Below are positions 47,888-62,509 of a stretch of DNA of 64,000 nucleotides, in pieces. The stretch is from Cycas panzhihuaensis (Eukaryota; Plantae; Cycadophyta). The position numbers and the translations under genes are program-made. Within the stretch, counting starts at the first letter, position 1. Each line of letters opens with the position of its first letter. The DNA lies in NCBI GenBank assembly GCA_023213395.1, contig CM041465.1:162261741-162325740 (forward strand), read 5' to 3'. The notes beneath the pieces were generated by a model that saw only the letters and a list, made by a program, of their open reading frames with translations, was not told the origin of the DNA and did no database searches.

Positions 47888-50800
47888 ATGGCTTCAATGT
47901 TTTCTCTTGGGGATTCTAATAAACTTACAAGGCAAAACTATAGCATTTGGAAGTTGAAAATGCAAGGGCTTTTAATGGCCAAAAATGCATGGGCTATAGT
48001 CACAGGGAAGGAAGCCAAACCCATTGACATAGTGGATGTAATTAGTTGGGAAGAGAAGAATAGAATTGCACTAGTTGTAATAATGTTATCTATGGGAGAC
48101 TCCTTGCTAAGCCACATAGGTATAGCTATCTCTTCCCCAGAGGCTTGGAGAATTTTAGTCTCACTTCATCGTTAAAAAAATAAAGCCTAAATAATATCTC
48201 TTCGAGAGCAATTATACAAGGTTCATCTCAAAGAAGGAGAAAGTATCTCAAATTTCATAACTAAAATTGTTGAGATTAAGAATAGCTTAGTCTTTGTAGG
48301 AGAGACTATAGCTGACTTTGAGCTTGTTTGCTTGACAATCAATAAATTGCCAAAATCATTTGATAGTATGGTAAACCACTTACCATAGGAGGACATACAA
48401 CTAACATGTCTTTTAAGACCTTGACAGGGCACATGCTGCAGCAAGAACAAAGAAATAAAAGGTATGAAGAGGAAATTGACATTAAAGAAGCCTTTCTCTC
48501 AAAAGTAAATTTGGAAAATAGGGGCCGATTTAGAAGCACAATGAGAGGAAGAAGCAAATCTGCTAGAGATTCGACAAGGACTGCAACTAAAAATCGAAAT
48601 AGATCCACTTGGTCTCCTGAAGGATGAAGAAGAACCACATGGATGTCAGAAGGAAGATGAAGATCTTTATTTCAAGAATTTAGATTATGTTTCCACTGTG
48701 GAAGGCATGAACATCTTGCTAGTGATTATAGAGTGTATAATTTGCCAAATTGTTACTATCGTGGGAGAACAGGACACTTCCAATCATTGTCCACAAATAT
48801 AGGTTGACATTCAAAGAGGGAAGAGAGTTGAAGGAAATTACAACAATGAACAAGTAGAAGATGAAGATGAAGAAATTACTTTTATCACTACCTTGGCTAT
48901 GCATACTTGCAAAAATGAAGATTAGTACATGAGCTTTGGAGCATCTAATCATATGGCAAGGAGAAGAGATTGGTTTGAAATGTTGAGACCATACTTCATC
49001 AACAAAATTGTTGAACTTGGTATTACTTTCCTTTACAAATTAAAAGGAAAGGGACAATTGCTATCTCAATCAATGATAAAATTAAAAAAATTAGAGAAGT
49101 CTTTTATGTTACTAGCCTAAAAAGGAACCTTTTATCTATGTCCCAGTTAAGAAAAAAGGGACTTAGGGTTATCTTTAATGAAGATGGAAGATGTCCCATC
49201 TATGACATGAAAAATAATGACATTGTAATTGCAAAAAGAGTTGAAATTGACAATCTCTATAAATTGGTTTCCACTCCTATTCTGCTTAATCCATTTGTAA
49301 AATCCCTTGTTAAAAACTCCATTAATGAAATTTGGCATTCAAAAAATGGACACATTGCAAACAAATGATTAGAATTATTAAAAATTTCTAATATGGTGAA
49401 TGGTCTTCCTGAGATGTTTTTTGATTTATTTATATGCAAAAGTTGTATGACTGGCAAATAGCACTGAGCTCCTTTCTAAAAGAGCACATGGAGAGCACAT
49501 AGAAGGTTAAAATTGGTCCATACTGACTTATGTGGACCAATAACACCAAATTCAATTAATGGTGCAAGGTATTTTTTTACCTTCATTGATGATTTTTCCA
49601 GGAGAACCTGGGTGTATTTTCTTTTTAGCAAATCAGAAGTTTTAGATTACTTCAAAGAATTTAAAGCATAAGTTAAATTGGAAAGAGAATGCAAAATTAA
49701 AATTCTTCAATCTAATATAGGAGGAGAATACATATCAAACGACTTTTGTTACTTCTACAAGATGAATGGGATACAAAAACATGACACTGCTCCATATATG
49801 CCACAGTCAAATGGAATAGCCGAATGAATGAACAGGACAACAATGGGAATGGCTCGAAGCATGATAAGTGAAAAAGCAGTAACAAAGGTGTACTAGGATG
49901 AAGCAATCAACACTGCAGTATATCTCATCAATCAAAGTCCTACATAAGCTCTGGACAAGATAACTCCTTAAAAGGCCCGAACTAAAAGAAAACCAAATGT
50001 GAGTCATCTTAAAATCTTAAGTAGTAAAGCTTATGTTCATATTCCTGACAAAAAGGGAACTAAGCTAGATGATAAAAGCATTGAATACATTATGATTGGG
50101 TATAACAACAAATCTAAGGTGTATAGATGCATAGATCCAAAGACAAATAGGATCTATGTTAGTAGAGATGTAACTTTTGATAAACAGACAAATCAAAAGG
50201 ATAAAATAGTACATAGATAGGCTGAAGGAAATACACAAATGAATGTGTCAATTGAAGAAATTTTTAAAGTCACTACAGCAGAAAAAGATACATTAGAAAG
50301 TGAACTTCAGAAAGAAAGTAAGCAAGATCTCTTTGAACAACAACAACAAATCTTATCTGAAGCTAAGCAAAATTTCTCTGAATGAAGCAGTGATGAAGCA
50401 CCAAAAAAAATATCCAAGTGGTACATCAAGACCCTTGAAGAATCAAAAGATAATGTTTTTAAACAAAGAACTAGATCACAAAAACGCCAAAGCTTAATGT
50501 GCTCTTTTGAACCACAAAATCATTCTAAAGCATATGATCATCCAAAATGATAGAAGGCTATGGATGCTGAAATGAATGCCATTAAGAAAAATAAAACCTA
50601 GGAATTGGTTGATGCTCCGAGAGATAAACCCATTGTTGGTTGTAAATGGGTATACAAAATAAAAGTAAAGTCTGACGAGACGGTTGAAAAATATAAGGCA
50701 AGACTGGTAGCAAAAGGTTATATTCAAATAGAAGGAATTGATTAGGAGGAAACCTTTTCACTAGTAGCAAAGTTGATAACTGTGAGAACAATCATAGCCA

Positions 50801-52053
50801 TGGCAGCACAATTCAAATAGAACATCATACAATTCAATGTTAAAAATGCCTTTCTAAATGGTGACCTGACTAAAGAAGCATACATGCAACAACCAACAAG
50901 ATACACAAAAAAAGATGATGAACATCTTGTTTGCAAGTTGAAAAAGGCTGTGTATGGATTAAAATAGGCACCCAAAGCTTGGTATGTAAAATTAGATCAG
51001 CATCTATATCGAACAAGTTTCTGCACATTTGATTCAAATCCTAGTCCATACATTAAAACAAACAAAGATAATTTAATAGCTATCATTGTAGTTTATATAG
51101 ATGACATGATAGTTATAGGAAATGATGATAATACAATTTATAAAATCAAGCTACAAATAGAAAAAGAGTTTGAAATGACAAATATGGGTCTACTTCATTA
51201 CTATCTAGGTATTGAAGTTAGTCAAAAAATGATTCCATCTTCATATCCCAGTGAAAATATAGAAAAAATCTTCTTGAAAATTTTAGAATGGAGGATTGCA
51301 ATAGTTGTGCCACTCCAATGGAAACTAGATGTGTTTTGAATGTTGATGATGATAGACAATCAATAGATGGAACCTTGTATAGACAATTAGTAGGTAGTCT
51401 TATTTGCCTTACAGTGACTAGACCTGATATTTCATATTCAGTCGGAATTGTCTCTAGGTATATGTAACATCCAAAACTCTCATTGGAATGTTGCTAAGAG
51501 AATTCTCAGATACACTAAAGGAATTTCAATAATGGATCTTAACTATACCCAAGCTTCAAATCTTCAGCTACTTGGTTATAGTGACTTAGATTGGGTTGGA
51601 GATAGACAAGAAAGGAAATCAACAACAGGATATTACTTCTCACTTGGATCTATTATTACATCCAAAAGCAGCAAGAAACAACCCACTATAGCTTTATCAT
51701 TCACCAAAGCAAAGTGCAAAGTAGCTGTTAGTGCCACATGTGAAGAAGTGTGGATTAGACAACTGCCCAAGGATTTAAAACAAGAACAAAGCCAATCTAC
51801 CTCCATTTTTTGCAACAACCTAGGTGTTATCAAAAGGACAAAGAATTCAATGTTTCATGCTAGAAAAAAACACGTTGAAGTCCATCATCACTTTATCAGA
51901 GAAAAAATACAAACCAAAGACATAGATCTGTTATACTATAATGGTGAAGAACAACTTATTGACATTCTCACAAAGCCACTTTTAAAAGACAAATTTCAAC
52001 ACTTCATGCATCTACATGGTGTTAAAGACAAAAGATAAAACATTAAGAGAGGG
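47888..52053 (+). pseudogene. gag-pol: Copia G gag-pol, complete domain set but decayed; no cognate 5' LTR or PBS found
   Basis: KLTRQNYSIWKLKMQGLL, CFHCGRHEH, GASNHM, DLCGP, GGEY, KLDDKS, YIDDMI, ARKKHVEVHHHFIRE; PPT AAGAGAGGG. Confidence 0.92.
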
Positions 52054-52315
52054 TGTTAGAGAAATAATGTTCTATCTTTTGCATGTATCATCTATGTATA
52101 TGTGTCCAACCCCTCTTTAATGTACTATTGACACTTGGCCTATATGCATAAGCCTTCTTATGTACACATGATGTATTTATACAAGAGATTTTCTCTCTCA
52201 TTAATGCATTGAAGTATTCTCTTCATCATTTCATCTCTCGCTCTTACAAAATATGATGACAATGTTTTAGTAGACAATGCTCTGGTAGACCTAGCAAAAT
52301 TATATTACCATAACA
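52054..52315 (+). repeat. 3' LTR of Copia G
   Basis: TGTTAG after the PPT through ...ATAACA. Gypsy gag-like sequence follows. Confidence 0.7.
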
Positions 52316-52570
52316 ACTCCTTTACAACAATCGCAATTCAAATTGGATACATGGATCATTATTTCCAAGTTTCACAATGCCACAAATGTTGAAGATTTGG
52401 ATAGTTGGATTTGAAGTTTAGAAGTCTACTTTAAATGGCAAAGCTTGTCCAATGAACAAAAGATTGTTGTGAAGGTAATACATAGGTTGGAGTAGGCCTC
52501 GGTTTAGTAACAAACATATGTAAACAGCCATGGCATAGCTAATATGTCAATCTCATTGGACTATTTTGTG
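52316..52570 (+). pseudogene. gag: G2-like Gypsy gag remnant (the element hosting Copia G)
   Basis: EDLDSWI*SLEVYFKWQSLSNEQKI vs G2 DKLDAWLRSLEAYFKTQQFIEAQKI. Confidence 0.75.
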
Positions 52571-53725
52571 TCAACCACATGTTTATTAATGTGTCAATCT
52601 TATTGAACTATTTTGATGGTGCTAAATTTTAAATCAATATGTGTGGTTTGGGTTGAGTAGGTATCTATTCTCTAAGATTTGAGCAAGTCCCCTCTGTGAT
52701 TTGAAAGAAATTTGGGTTGAGCTAGTCCTCTATTCCTCTGTTCTTCAAGGTTGTGACAGGAACTTGGGTTGAGTCCCCCTTCCTGTGAGGGTTGAATGAG
52801 TCCCCTCGAGGGTTGAGCGAGTTCCCTCCTTGTTATTGTTCGTGAGGGCATGGGTAATGCATGTAGGGTATGGATGCATAACCTCATTTTGGTGTGTTGT
52901 GTCATATGAAACACACAATCCATTGAGATGATATCCAATGATGATACATTCAAGGTTATCTATCATGTGTTGCATGCTATAGGGCATGCGGGTCACTCAA
53001 AAAGAGAGTCCAAAGAGATTGATTCAGTAATGATCCATATGTCGTATGGCATTTTCAATTGTTGTTGAGTAAGTTGAAGTGCATTAAGAAGGCTCAAATA
53101 TATTTCAGTAATGTATGGTTGTAGATTTGTGACCAAAGAAGTCAATTGGGTATGTTTGGGGTTGAGTGCATAGTGGAATACCAGTACTCTAGCATTCGTA
53201 CCATGTGCTCTAGCTTGAGGGTGTTTTCCTCTTTAGGAATTCAGTTGGGTGGACAGTGGATTCTTTTGAGTAATCTAGTTGGCCCCTTTTATAGCCAAGT
53301 GTATGAATGATGATTTAATGGAGAAACATGTTGCGTAATACTTACACTTCTTTTCGAAATACTACTATTTGGAAAATGTGTTCTTCGTATATTTGAGTGG
53401 AACCTCTATTCTCTTAAACGAGTTGCTTTTTTTGGGCATATGTTTTCCATTGTGCAATTGCACTATACTCTGTTTTTAGCTTTTGCAATTCAAGTAAATC
53501 ATTTGGTGTTGGCTTAGTTGATAGACTTAGGTAAGTTACAACTAAGTAGAATCATAACTAACACTAGGTAGAAACAGGGGTCATGATAGAGGTGGGAGCT
53601 TTAAGGTGAAAACTTGCAAAGGAACTGTTAGAGTTTCATAGTTGAAGCTTAAGTAATCAACAAGGACTTGATAGATTACTCAACTCTGAGAAAAGCAAAC
53701 CCCATTTAGGTGAGCAAGAGATACC

Positions 53726-56700
53726 ATGAGGATAGGAGGAGAATTTTATAGGGATGATGCTTGGGTAGGTCATGGAGATCAAGAAGAACCCAACTTTGAA
53801 AACATAAACATTGAAGAGATTCCAAGGCACAAAGGAAGCTCACATAATGATATTTCAATTGCCTTAGTAAAAATTGTTTGTGGTTTGCAACAGCAACTAA
53901 AGAGCCACAAGGAAGACAATGAAAAGCTCTTAAGAAGCCATGAGTTGATGCTCCATAATATCCAACAAACAATTGAGTATGAGATGACTTAAAGAGCTTC
54001 AAACACTAGGAGTAATGGAAGAAGAGGTAGACCTCGAGAGCCATTGACTCATGAGTGCCCGAGCAGGTAAAACAAGAGGAGGGTTTGAGAGTGTGATGAA
54101 GAGCAACATGCGTCAAACACTGAATCGTTTAATGAAATCCCCAGGAGAGGAGAGCATAGAGGCAAGAAGAGTGCACTCTAGTTTGAGATGAGAAAGGTGA
54201 GGCCACCCACTTTCAATGGAGAAATCAAGAGTGAAACAGAAGTAGAAGCATGGTTGCTCAACATTGAGAAATATTTCAGACTACATGATTTTAGCTCCAA
54301 TGAGAAGGTAAGGATTGTTGTTTACAATTTAATAGGAAAAGCATCCTTATGGTGGGAACATCACAAAAAAGTCAAAGAGATTCAAGAGAGAGACATAAGG
54401 TAGAGTAAGTTTGTCAAATATTTCAAGTAGAAATATCTTTCAAAATAATATTATAACCAAAAGGCAACAACCTTCCATTGGCTAAAGCAAGGGAGAATGA
54501 CAATGGACGAATATGAAAAAGAATTCACAAAGCTTCTCCAATATACTCCCTACATTCAAGAAGAAAATGTAAAGACTCATAGATTCATTAATGGATTGAA
54601 TGAAAATATTCAAAACAGAATAAAGATTTATGAGCCTAAAACCTTGGAAGAGGCAATTTGAAAGGCTAGGTGTTGTGAAGAATGATGGACAATACCACAA
54701 GACAAGCAAGTTAGTTGGAATGAAAAATGGCAGCCGAGGTGAGGACCACCTAGGAGGAATTTTAGATCATAGAGCTATAATCAAGGTGGAACAAATTTCA
54801 ACCATCCACTAGGTAGTCCAAGGCCAAATCCATTACCCATGAATATTTCCAGAAAGTTGGGAGAAGGAAGATGTTATCGATGCAATATGATCCAAATTGT
54901 ACACAAAGGTTGGAAGCAAGTGGGGGAGCTCATAACATAGAGCTTCAACCCACTATAGCAGATGAAGCCCAAGAAATAGAATACATGCATGTGTGTGCAA
55001 CAATTGAGGAAAAACAAACAGACTACCATGTCATTATGGTGCAGGCAATTATTAAGAGTGTAGAGCAAGATCTCATCATACTTATTGACTCATGGACTAG
55101 TCATAACGTCTTGCATCCCAGAATTGTAGAAAAATGCAAGCTTAAGGTCCAAACTCATAAGGATAAGTGGATTGCAGATATGGCAAATGGTAACAAAAGA
55201 AAGGTGACAAAATATGTGCCTTTCTATCCTTTAGAGTAGGAATCATGGTCCACTTTTACAACATTTCAGATCCTACCATTTGGGAATTATGATGCCATCA
55301 TTGGTTTGGAATGGTTGGTAAAACACCAAGCAAAGATTAATTGCTACAACAAGTTAGTTGAGTGCTTAAATGATAATAGAGAGCCCACTATCATTCAAGG
55401 AAAGAAACTTTCAACTAATATTCAACAAATTTTAGCCACACTGGTAAAGAAATGCATAAGGAAATACTGTCAAGCCTACACAATCCATGTAAATGAAGAA
55501 GGGGCCCTTGTAGAACCTCACGAAGTGAATTATCTAATAATACAAGAGTTTAGAGATATATTTCAAATTGAGTTGCCAGACTACAACCTAGGCGGGATGT
55601 GGAGTATGCAATCGAACTTGTGTCAGGAGTAGAACTACCCTCTAAGGCACCATATTGCCTAGCCACACCAGAATTAGTTGAATTCAAAATGCAATTGCAA
55701 GATGTACTTGACAAAAGATGCATTGGAGCCAATGTTTTGCTAGGGAGAGCACCGATCTTATTTGTGAAAAAGAAAGATGGAACTCTAAGATTGTGCATAG
55801 ATTACTGACAACTAAACAAGGCAATAGTCAAGAATAAATACCTCTTGCCCCAAATTGAGGACTTGTTTGATCAAATGATGGGAGCCAAATTCTTCACAAA
55901 GATAGGCTTGAGATCAAGATCTTATCAAATCAAAATCAATGAGGATGATGTTTTTAAGACTGCCATTAGGACTATTTCTGGTAATGCCATTTGGATTGAC
56001 CAATGCACTTATAACATTCATGTGCCTAATGAATAGTGTGTTAAAAAAATATTTAGATAAATTTGTCATTGTGTTCATATATGACATTTTGACCTATCCA
56101 AAATCTGTGCGTAGATAGTGGCTGACTATTGTTTATGCACTACGCCACATCCACCTTATAACAGCCAAGGCCATCCACTTTATATGTCATTGCATGCTCC
56201 ACTATTCTAGTATGATCCCCACTCGAAATTTTCAAGGAGACTAGGCCTTTGATAAACAATTAAATATTGTCAATGTGCTTGAAAGACCTAAATTTTTTTT
56301 CATCGAGCTAAAAAAATCAAGGTCACATTGTGAAATCCTAGCTCTTAAATAACTTCGTTAATAAAATATGTTCCTGGAATCCCAAATTAACAAATAACTT
56401 GGTTGTATAAGAAGAGAAATCAAAGAGTTAATCATGAAACAATAAATGTGACAATATTTAATGTGAAAAACCCATGATGGAAAAAACCACCTTCAAAATC
56501 TTATAAAGTAGAGATCCAGTTACAGTGTCGTTGGCCTTTATTAAGAAGATTTCACGCTACAGTGTGATCTTGCTTTTTTTAGCTGCTGCTTGTTTTTTTT
56601 TTAATCTCTTTTTTTTTCATAGCATTCTCTTTCTTTTCCTAGCTCATAATAGATTGCCCCTTTTCTAGTGCATAGTGTTTTATCTTTGTCAATGCTGCCT

Positions 56701-59080
56701 ATGAAAGAAAGAATAACCAGAACTAGGCCGAACATCTGGAAGGAATTACTAGATTCATGGCCAACTACTCTCCCTATTCATTAGTAGGGGTGCATATTAT
56801 CATCGCCTATAGCCCTTTACTCTGCCAAGCACCTCCACGAAATGAAAATGGGTAGTATTGTCATATGCTCAACATTTGTTGCCCTAGTGTATATATTGGA
56901 GTACATTTATTACAATTGATTAGAGAGCACAAGCTATATGCCAAGCTAAGCAAATGTGAAATCTACAAAGAAGAGGTACATTATTTGGTCAATGTCATCT
57001 CAGAAGCAAGAATTTTAATTGATCCTAAAAAGATCATAGCTATCATGGAATGGCTATCGCGTGAGAATGTGCATGAGTTAAGGAGTTTCATGGGACTTGT
57101 AGGTTACTATAGAAGGTACATGGAGAATTTTTCTAGAATTGCAGATCCAATCACCTCTCTATAGAAGAAGGGAGCTAAATTCATATGGACAGATCTATGT
57201 CAAAAGATGTTTCAACTGTTGAAACATTTACTCACTGTAGCTCCAATTCTCATAGTACCTAATTCAAACTCAGACTTCTTAATCTACATAGATTCTTGCA
57301 TTGAAGGATTGGAAGCAGTGTGTATGTAGGATGGCTAAGTGGTTTCTTATGAGTCCAGGAAATTAAAAGATTGTGAAAGGAATTATTTCACTCATGGTTT
57401 AGGGCTAGCAACATTGGTGCATTAGCTTCAAGCATGGAGGCATTATTTACTTGGGAAAAGCTTTGAGCTTTGCATAGACCATGACAACCTCAAATACATA
57501 TTCACATAGCCACATCTAAATGCAAGGAAGTGTTGGTGGATGGAGCATTTGTGTGAGTTTGATTTTCAACCATAATACATCAAAGGAAAGGAGAATAAGG
57601 TAGTTGATTCTCTAAGTTGACATCGATACATGCTATAATGGGTATGCAACAATCTAGTTTGATGGATTATATCCTAAAAGTTTGTGCATATGATGAGTAT
57701 TACAAACAAGCAAAAGAAGGCATCCAAAATCAAGAAGATATTAGACTTGTGCAAAAATATGTAGGCCACCAAGTGCTAGAGAATGGTTTACTAACCTACC
57801 AACAAAGAATCTATGTGTCACAAGATCCCGATATTTAGGAATTGATCATCCAAAAAGCTCATGCTATACCATATGCAGGCCATTTGAGTTACCACAAGAC
57901 TTATGTAGCAGTGAAGAAACAATTTTATTAGCCTAAGATAAAGAATGATGTTATGCGCTATGTAACGAAATCCTTAATATGTCAAAAGGTTAAGGCTAAA
58001 CATAGACATCCTATAGGCTTATTACAACCATTAGACATTCCATAATGGAAATGGGAAACAATTACCATGGACTTCATCAAAGGATTATCCAAGAGTTCTT
58101 AGTAGCATGAGGCCATTTTGGTTGTAGTAGACAAGTTGACCAAGTTAGCACATTTCATCCCAATTCACACTACTTACACTACTTTAGATGTTGTTTCCAT
58201 ATTCATGAAGGACATAATAAGATTGTAAGGTGTACTCAAGGCCATTGTGCCAAATAGGGATGCTAAATTCACTTCGAAGTTTTGGATATCCATGTTCCAA
58301 AAATTAGGCACAATATTAAAATTTAGTACAACTTATCATCCTGAAACCAATGGATGAACACAGAGAATGAACCAAGCACTTGAAGATTTTCTTTAGATGT
58401 ACATTATGGAACAGCCAACTAGCTGGAAAACTATCTTCATTTGGCTGAATTTGCCTATAATAATACAGCCCATTCTTCTAGAGGTATGAGTCCTTTTGAG
58501 GCACTATATGGCAAAAAATGTAACACACCCCTTAGCTAGGAGAATCTATTGCTACAAGAAATGGAAATGCAAGTAGTCAATCTTAGAAACTAGTTGAAGG
58601 GAGCCCAAGATAGGTAGAAGAGTTATGCAGACTTAAAGAGAACAACAAGGGAATTTCAAATTGGAGAACATGTATTCCTATGGGTAGGACCCAAGCACAA
58701 CTCACTTAGCTTAGGCATGTGTAAGAAGCTTTCACCAAGATTCTATGGCCCATTCAAGATCTTAGAACAAATTGGATAAGTAGCCTATAAGCTTTCCTTG
58801 CCAGTGAATATACAAATTCATGATGTGTTCTATGTTTTATTACTGAAAAAGTATGTGCCAGATTCAAAGCATGTGTTTGAATGGGCTAATCTAATAACTA
58901 GACCAAGTACTGATTTTAAGTAAGAACCCTTGGGAATATTAGATTAAAGGGAGAGAATGTTGCATAATAGGAGTTTTAGACAAGTGAAAGTGTAATGGAA
59001 GCACTTGACACTAGATGAGGCAACATGGGAGTTGGAGAGTGACATGTAGTAGCAATACCATCGTTTGTTTGTAGCAGGAT
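53726..59080 (+). pseudogene. gag-pol: G4 gag-pol with chromodomain, decayed and interrupted in RT
   Basis: RKVRPPTFNGE..EVEAWLLNIEKYF, LIDSWTSHN, KKKDGTLRLCIDY, LYAKLSKC, WETITMDFI, YHPETNG, chromodomain EPLGILD...DEATWE. Confidence 0.9.
56106..56900. mobile_element. ~0.8-kb non-coding insertion in the G4 RT (solo-LTR-like); boundaries approximate
   Basis: RT stops after [11 protein letters not shown] and resumes at LQLIREHKLYAK. The insert has an LTR-like gaaaaacccatgatggaaaaaaccacc segment. Confidence 0.55.
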
Positions 59081-62000
59081 AAAGCCACATTGAGGATGAT
59101 GCTTTTGTGAAGGGGAGAGGGATGTAAGGTCCCGACTCTTTAACTAACCATGGTCAGGTCATAACACTAGCAAATATGTAAAGTATTACATTTCCTTTCT
59201 AGTTTTGTTCATCCTATGCTTAGCAAGTAGTTTTGTGTTTAGGTTGTAGTCCACGTAGACTTAAGATTAATTATCACTTCTTTTCCAACACCTCATTCAA
59301 TGTTAAAAATTGTTCTTTGTTTGTTGCTTGCATAATACAAAAGCTTTTAGATTTCTCAGATGGGCAATATAAATGGGGGACCACATGATATGAATGAGGG
59401 AATAATAGAGGGGAAAAACAAATGTAAGGGTAAATGCTAGATATAGAGGCCCACTTGACTTCTTTGGGAAACAAAATTCAATTGATCAACACATATTTTA
59501 CTAAGGATGAATCCACCAAGTGAAAAAATAGGGTTTCTACTTTCCAATGAGTGGTGGAACATTGAAAATGGACATCGGAGTTAGAAGTTATGAAAATTTG
59601 AAGTAGACCTCCAAGTTGAATTTTTCTGAATAAAAGGTTTTCCACAAATTCACACTTGAGATATTGAGTGAAGACTTAGATAAACTGGATTGCGAAATTA
59701 CGAAGACAAGTTGCAAGTATAAGGTTTCTTACAAGTTTGCAAGTGGGCCACCGAGCGCAGAAACCTATAGATCGAGTTTCAAAATTACAAAGCAAAGAAT
59801 GGCAAATGAAGAAACACTTCACAAACTTGCATGCGTACTATTAAGTGATAAAGTTCATGCGATCAAGCGCAAATTTGCAAAGTAAGGGATGCAATGAAAA
59901 GAATGTCCTTTGCATTTTTGCAAATAAACCTATAAGATCAAACACCTACATGAAAGGTCACAAAAACATGAAGGTAAAGGATTACAAGGGAAATCTTGAT
60001 TCTCGGGCTTCATAAGATTGACTATAACTTAGTCATTAGAGGACGGATTCGATTGATTTTGGAGGCATTAGAAGCTTCAATTTTAGACAAACATTCTCAG
60101 ACAAGAATAACAAATCCTCCTTGCAAATGTGACATGAACAATTGGGCTAACTACCGAGGGTATAGTGAAATTGAGCAAAGTCTCAACTAGAAAGCACTTA
60201 CATATTTAGTCAAAAAAAGAAGAGAAAAAAGGGATCTCTTCCCTCATCTTGAGGCATCTCCTTTTCATTCTCTTCGATCATTTTCATTCATCCTCTTCCA
60301 TCTCAAGGTATCATTAGTTTTTAAGAGAAAAAGTTGGGAGTGTGATGAAGGCAGTACTAAGAAGATTTGAACAGAGGAAATAATCTTTGAGTGACTAAGA
60401 TTGGGTCATTGAGGCTATTATCTATGGGAATGATGTAGGGATAAATTTTGAAGTTCACAATGGAACTTTCTCAAATATCTTACGATGGAATTTCACATAA
60501 GTGGGCTTGAGTGAGTTAAACATGATTGTACTCTGAGGTAGAATCCCAAAATAGATAGGTCAACTCACATTGGAATCTCTTTGAGATTAATTAAACCATT
60601 TGAAAGGGCAAAGTTTTGTAATTGACATGAATTTATGTGTTTATTACTGTGTCAATTCCATTGGATAGTTTTGATGGTGCTAGATTTTAGATCAGTATGT
60701 GGGCTTGAGTTGAGTGAGTCTCCATTTCCTGAGAGTTGAGCGAGTACCCTCTGTGATTTGAAAGGAATTTGGCTTGAGTGAGTCCCCTTTCCTCTAAGTT
60801 TGCGATAGGAATTTGGGTTAAGTGAGTCCCCTCGAGTATTGAGCAAGTCCCTCCTTGTTATTGTTCTTGAGGGCATGCGTAATACCTATAGGGTATGGAT
60901 TCACAACCTCATTTCAGTGAGTTGTGTGGTATAAAACACACAAACCATTGAGATGAGACCCAATGATGATACATGCAGGCTTATCTTTCATGTGTTGTGC
61001 AATATGGGACACGGGTCACTCTGAGAGATAGTCCAAAGAGATTGATTCAATAATAATCCATATGTGGTATGGCATTTCCAATTATTATTAAGTTGAAGTG
61101 CAATAAGAAGGCTCAAATATATTTTAACAGTGTATGGGTGCAGATTTGTGACTGAAGAAGTCAATTGGGTATGTTTGGGGTTGAGTGTAGAGTGAAATAC
61201 TAGTACTCCAATGTTCATATCATGTGCTCTAGTTCGGGGGTGTTTTCCTCTTTAGAAATTCAGTTGGTTGGGTGGTAAATCTGTTTGAGCAATCTAGTCG
61301 ACCCCTTTTATAGCCAAGTGTATGAATGATGACTTAATGGAGAAATGCGTTATGTAATGCTTATACTTCCTTCCGAAATACTACCATGTGGAAAATGTGT
61401 TTTAAGTATATTTAAGTGGCACCTCTATTCTATTGAACTAGTTGCATCTTTTGGAGCATATATTTTCCATTGTGCACTTGCACTATCCTCTATTTTTAGC
61501 ATCCGCAGTTCAAGTAGATCGTTTGGTATTGGCTTAGTTGATAGGCTTAGGTGAGTTATGACTAAGCAAAGTCACAACTAGCCCTAGGTAGAGATAGTGG
61601 TTGTGACATCATGCATGCTACAACTTTCCTCTTCATCTCAACGGATGTGACATCATATGGGAATGCACACATTGACTAGTGCATGGCTAGGGTATTTCGT
61701 GTGTTTCCCACTTGAGGTGGTTGTGCTACCAAACTTCACAAAAACAATAATCCAAGCAATAAAGAGGGGAGATGAAAGATTTGTTTAGCTTCCCTCAATT
61801 CTTGTAGTTGTTGCTTAATCAAAATGGCTATGTATTCGCTCCAATTGAGCATTTATAGTAGGAACACCTAGTGTAATACTTAAATCATACTTGCCTAGAA
61901 ATAGGTAAATTTTTTTCTTACCCAGAATTTTTGTAACCAACACTTTGGCTATGCACTTTAGCTACCCATCCATCATATTTTTGATTTTCAATTCCCCCAA

Positions 62001-62509
62001 GAATAATGGCGTGTTAGGTACATAGATTTCTTGGGTAATTATAGCATGATCTATGTGCCCTTTCTTGTTAACATATGACACTTTCTTGGTTTTTGGCAAT
62101 TTGGTTACTCTCCACACCATATCTGCTATAATTTCTTGCATTAGTCTTTTATCCTAACATAGTGGAGATAGTTGGATGAACTTACTCCAACAATCTGTAA
62201 TTAATATAGTTTTAAAGTTCACCATCATTTGCACATATTTGACTTTGAGAGTTGCCAACTACATTCTTAAATGTTGATTGCCATACTAAAATGCTGTGTT
62301 AATGTCTATTGGAAATACTCTAGCTCTTATTAGTAACATTATTGAAAGTCAAAAAGCAAAATACAAACAGACAAACAAACAATAAACAAGAGGATGAACA
62401 AGTAACTGACAGGGTGGTGGTGTTGATGAACAGTAGGGTCTTTAAACCCCATAGATAAATAGGCGGAACCAAGAGTGTTTGGCACACCTTTCAAGGTCCA
62501 TTGCCGCCT

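Larger units (their letters stand above)
52575..61608 (+). mobile_element. Gypsy chromovirus G4 (Tekay/Del-like); 5' LTR truncated (52575-53588), 3' LTR 59123-61608
   Basis: 52575-53588 aligns with ~60630-61608. PBS damaged (GGTGG-GAGC); PPT GAAGGGGAGAGGGA 59109-59122; ~2.5-kb LTR TGTAAG...GTGACA. Confidence 0.88.
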
